Below are positions 63,354 through 64,000 of a stretch of 64,000 bases of DNA, one piece after another; position 1 is the first letter of the stretch, and each line of letters starts with the position of its first letter. Below the pieces are notes generated by a model that was not told the origin of the DNA, did no database searches, and saw only the letters and a program-made list of their open reading frames with translations. The stretch is from assembly GCA_043228905.1 (NCBI GenBank), contig JBHGNT010000012.1:17236001-17300000 (forward strand). The letters run 5' to 3'. Made by a program: the position numbers and the translations under genes. The DNA is from Azolla caroliniana. Lineage: Eukaryota; Plantae; Polypodiophyta.

Positions 63354-64000
63354 TGTAAACATATCCCTAACCGGCTATTAACCGGTATGGTTAATGATCA
63401 TAATACATGTGTAAGATAGATTAGATTAAGCACAAAACGGTATTTAACTAGAAGCTTTAAAGATTAACAATACGTAATAGAACAACACTTTCATTAATTA
63501 ACCGCTAATTGATTACAATCTAGCTGAGTCCTTTTATAGGTCACCGGCTCTGGGTGCCAACCAGTGCCAACTGGCAACTGGCTACAAATCGGTCCGGATT
63601 CGAATCAGCATACCGATTCCGGGTCTGCCCGTTCGTTTATCAAAATAATAATAATAATTATAGATACATTATCCCTTCCCCATTCTGGACTTAATCCGAC
63701 TTTTGATGTTGTTGCTTCTGCTTCGCTCCTGCTCCTGCTCCTCTGGTCTCTCTGGTTCAATTGGTCCCTCTGGTTCCACTTGTCTCTCTGGTTCCACTGG
63801 TCTTGCTGGTTCCACCGGTCCCGAGGTTTCCAGTTCTGGTTCTATTGGTTTGGGCTCCTCCTGCTGATGGTTTCCCATGTGCAGGTTTCCATTTTTCGGT
63901 TATGCTCCTCCAAAGTTATGTTCGGTTGGCTTCCCCCAGCTTCGGCTTCATTCAGCGCCTACTCCGAAGACTGCTCCTCATCACTGATGTTGATCGTCGC
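63354..64000 (-). mobile_element. 3' end of an LTR retrotransposon: ORF tail, PPT (63671-63681) and 3' LTR (~63354-63668)
   Basis: Minus strand GGGGAAGGGAT-AA-TGTATC is a polypurine tract plus LTR start. TGTA...TACA termini and CCTATAAAAGG TATA. The upstream frame has PVEP repeats and stops at the PPT. Confidence 0.65.

Overview
Eukaryotic nuclear DNA from a land plant. It is most consistent with a fern or other non-seed vascular plant, an inference from protein divergence and the PLS-PPR relic. Four intact host genes were reconstructed by hand: a SIP1/ASIL-clade trihelix transcription factor (+, 17944-18819); a 6-exon PnsB5/NDH18 chloroplast NDH subunit (-, 23313-26177) that the ORF track does not recover; a 2-exon membrane-anchored SAM-methyltransferase (+, 28224-31870); and a 30-coding-exon SPIKE1 DOCK-family ROP-GEF (-, 37032-55374) with one GC-AG intron. 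The first 17 kb is a transposon cluster. It holds a Ty3/gypsy element with an uninterrupted gag-pol frame, LTR and PBS, a second LTR with a tRNA-Arg PBS, a ZNF862-like hAT transposase disabled by three in-frame stops, hAT MITEs, two tRNA-Lys(CTT) pseudogenes in a decayed tandem array, and a 29-bp minisatellite. The right end has tandem repeats and the 3' LTR/PPT of another retroelement. I cannot demonstrate a clearly novel system. The best leads are a hairpin-looped AUG-stop uORF in the trihelix leader, an inverted MITE pair bracketing a frame-preserving SPK1 exon block, a second divergent reading frame inside the hAT element, and the uncharacterised Golgi-type methyltransferase.
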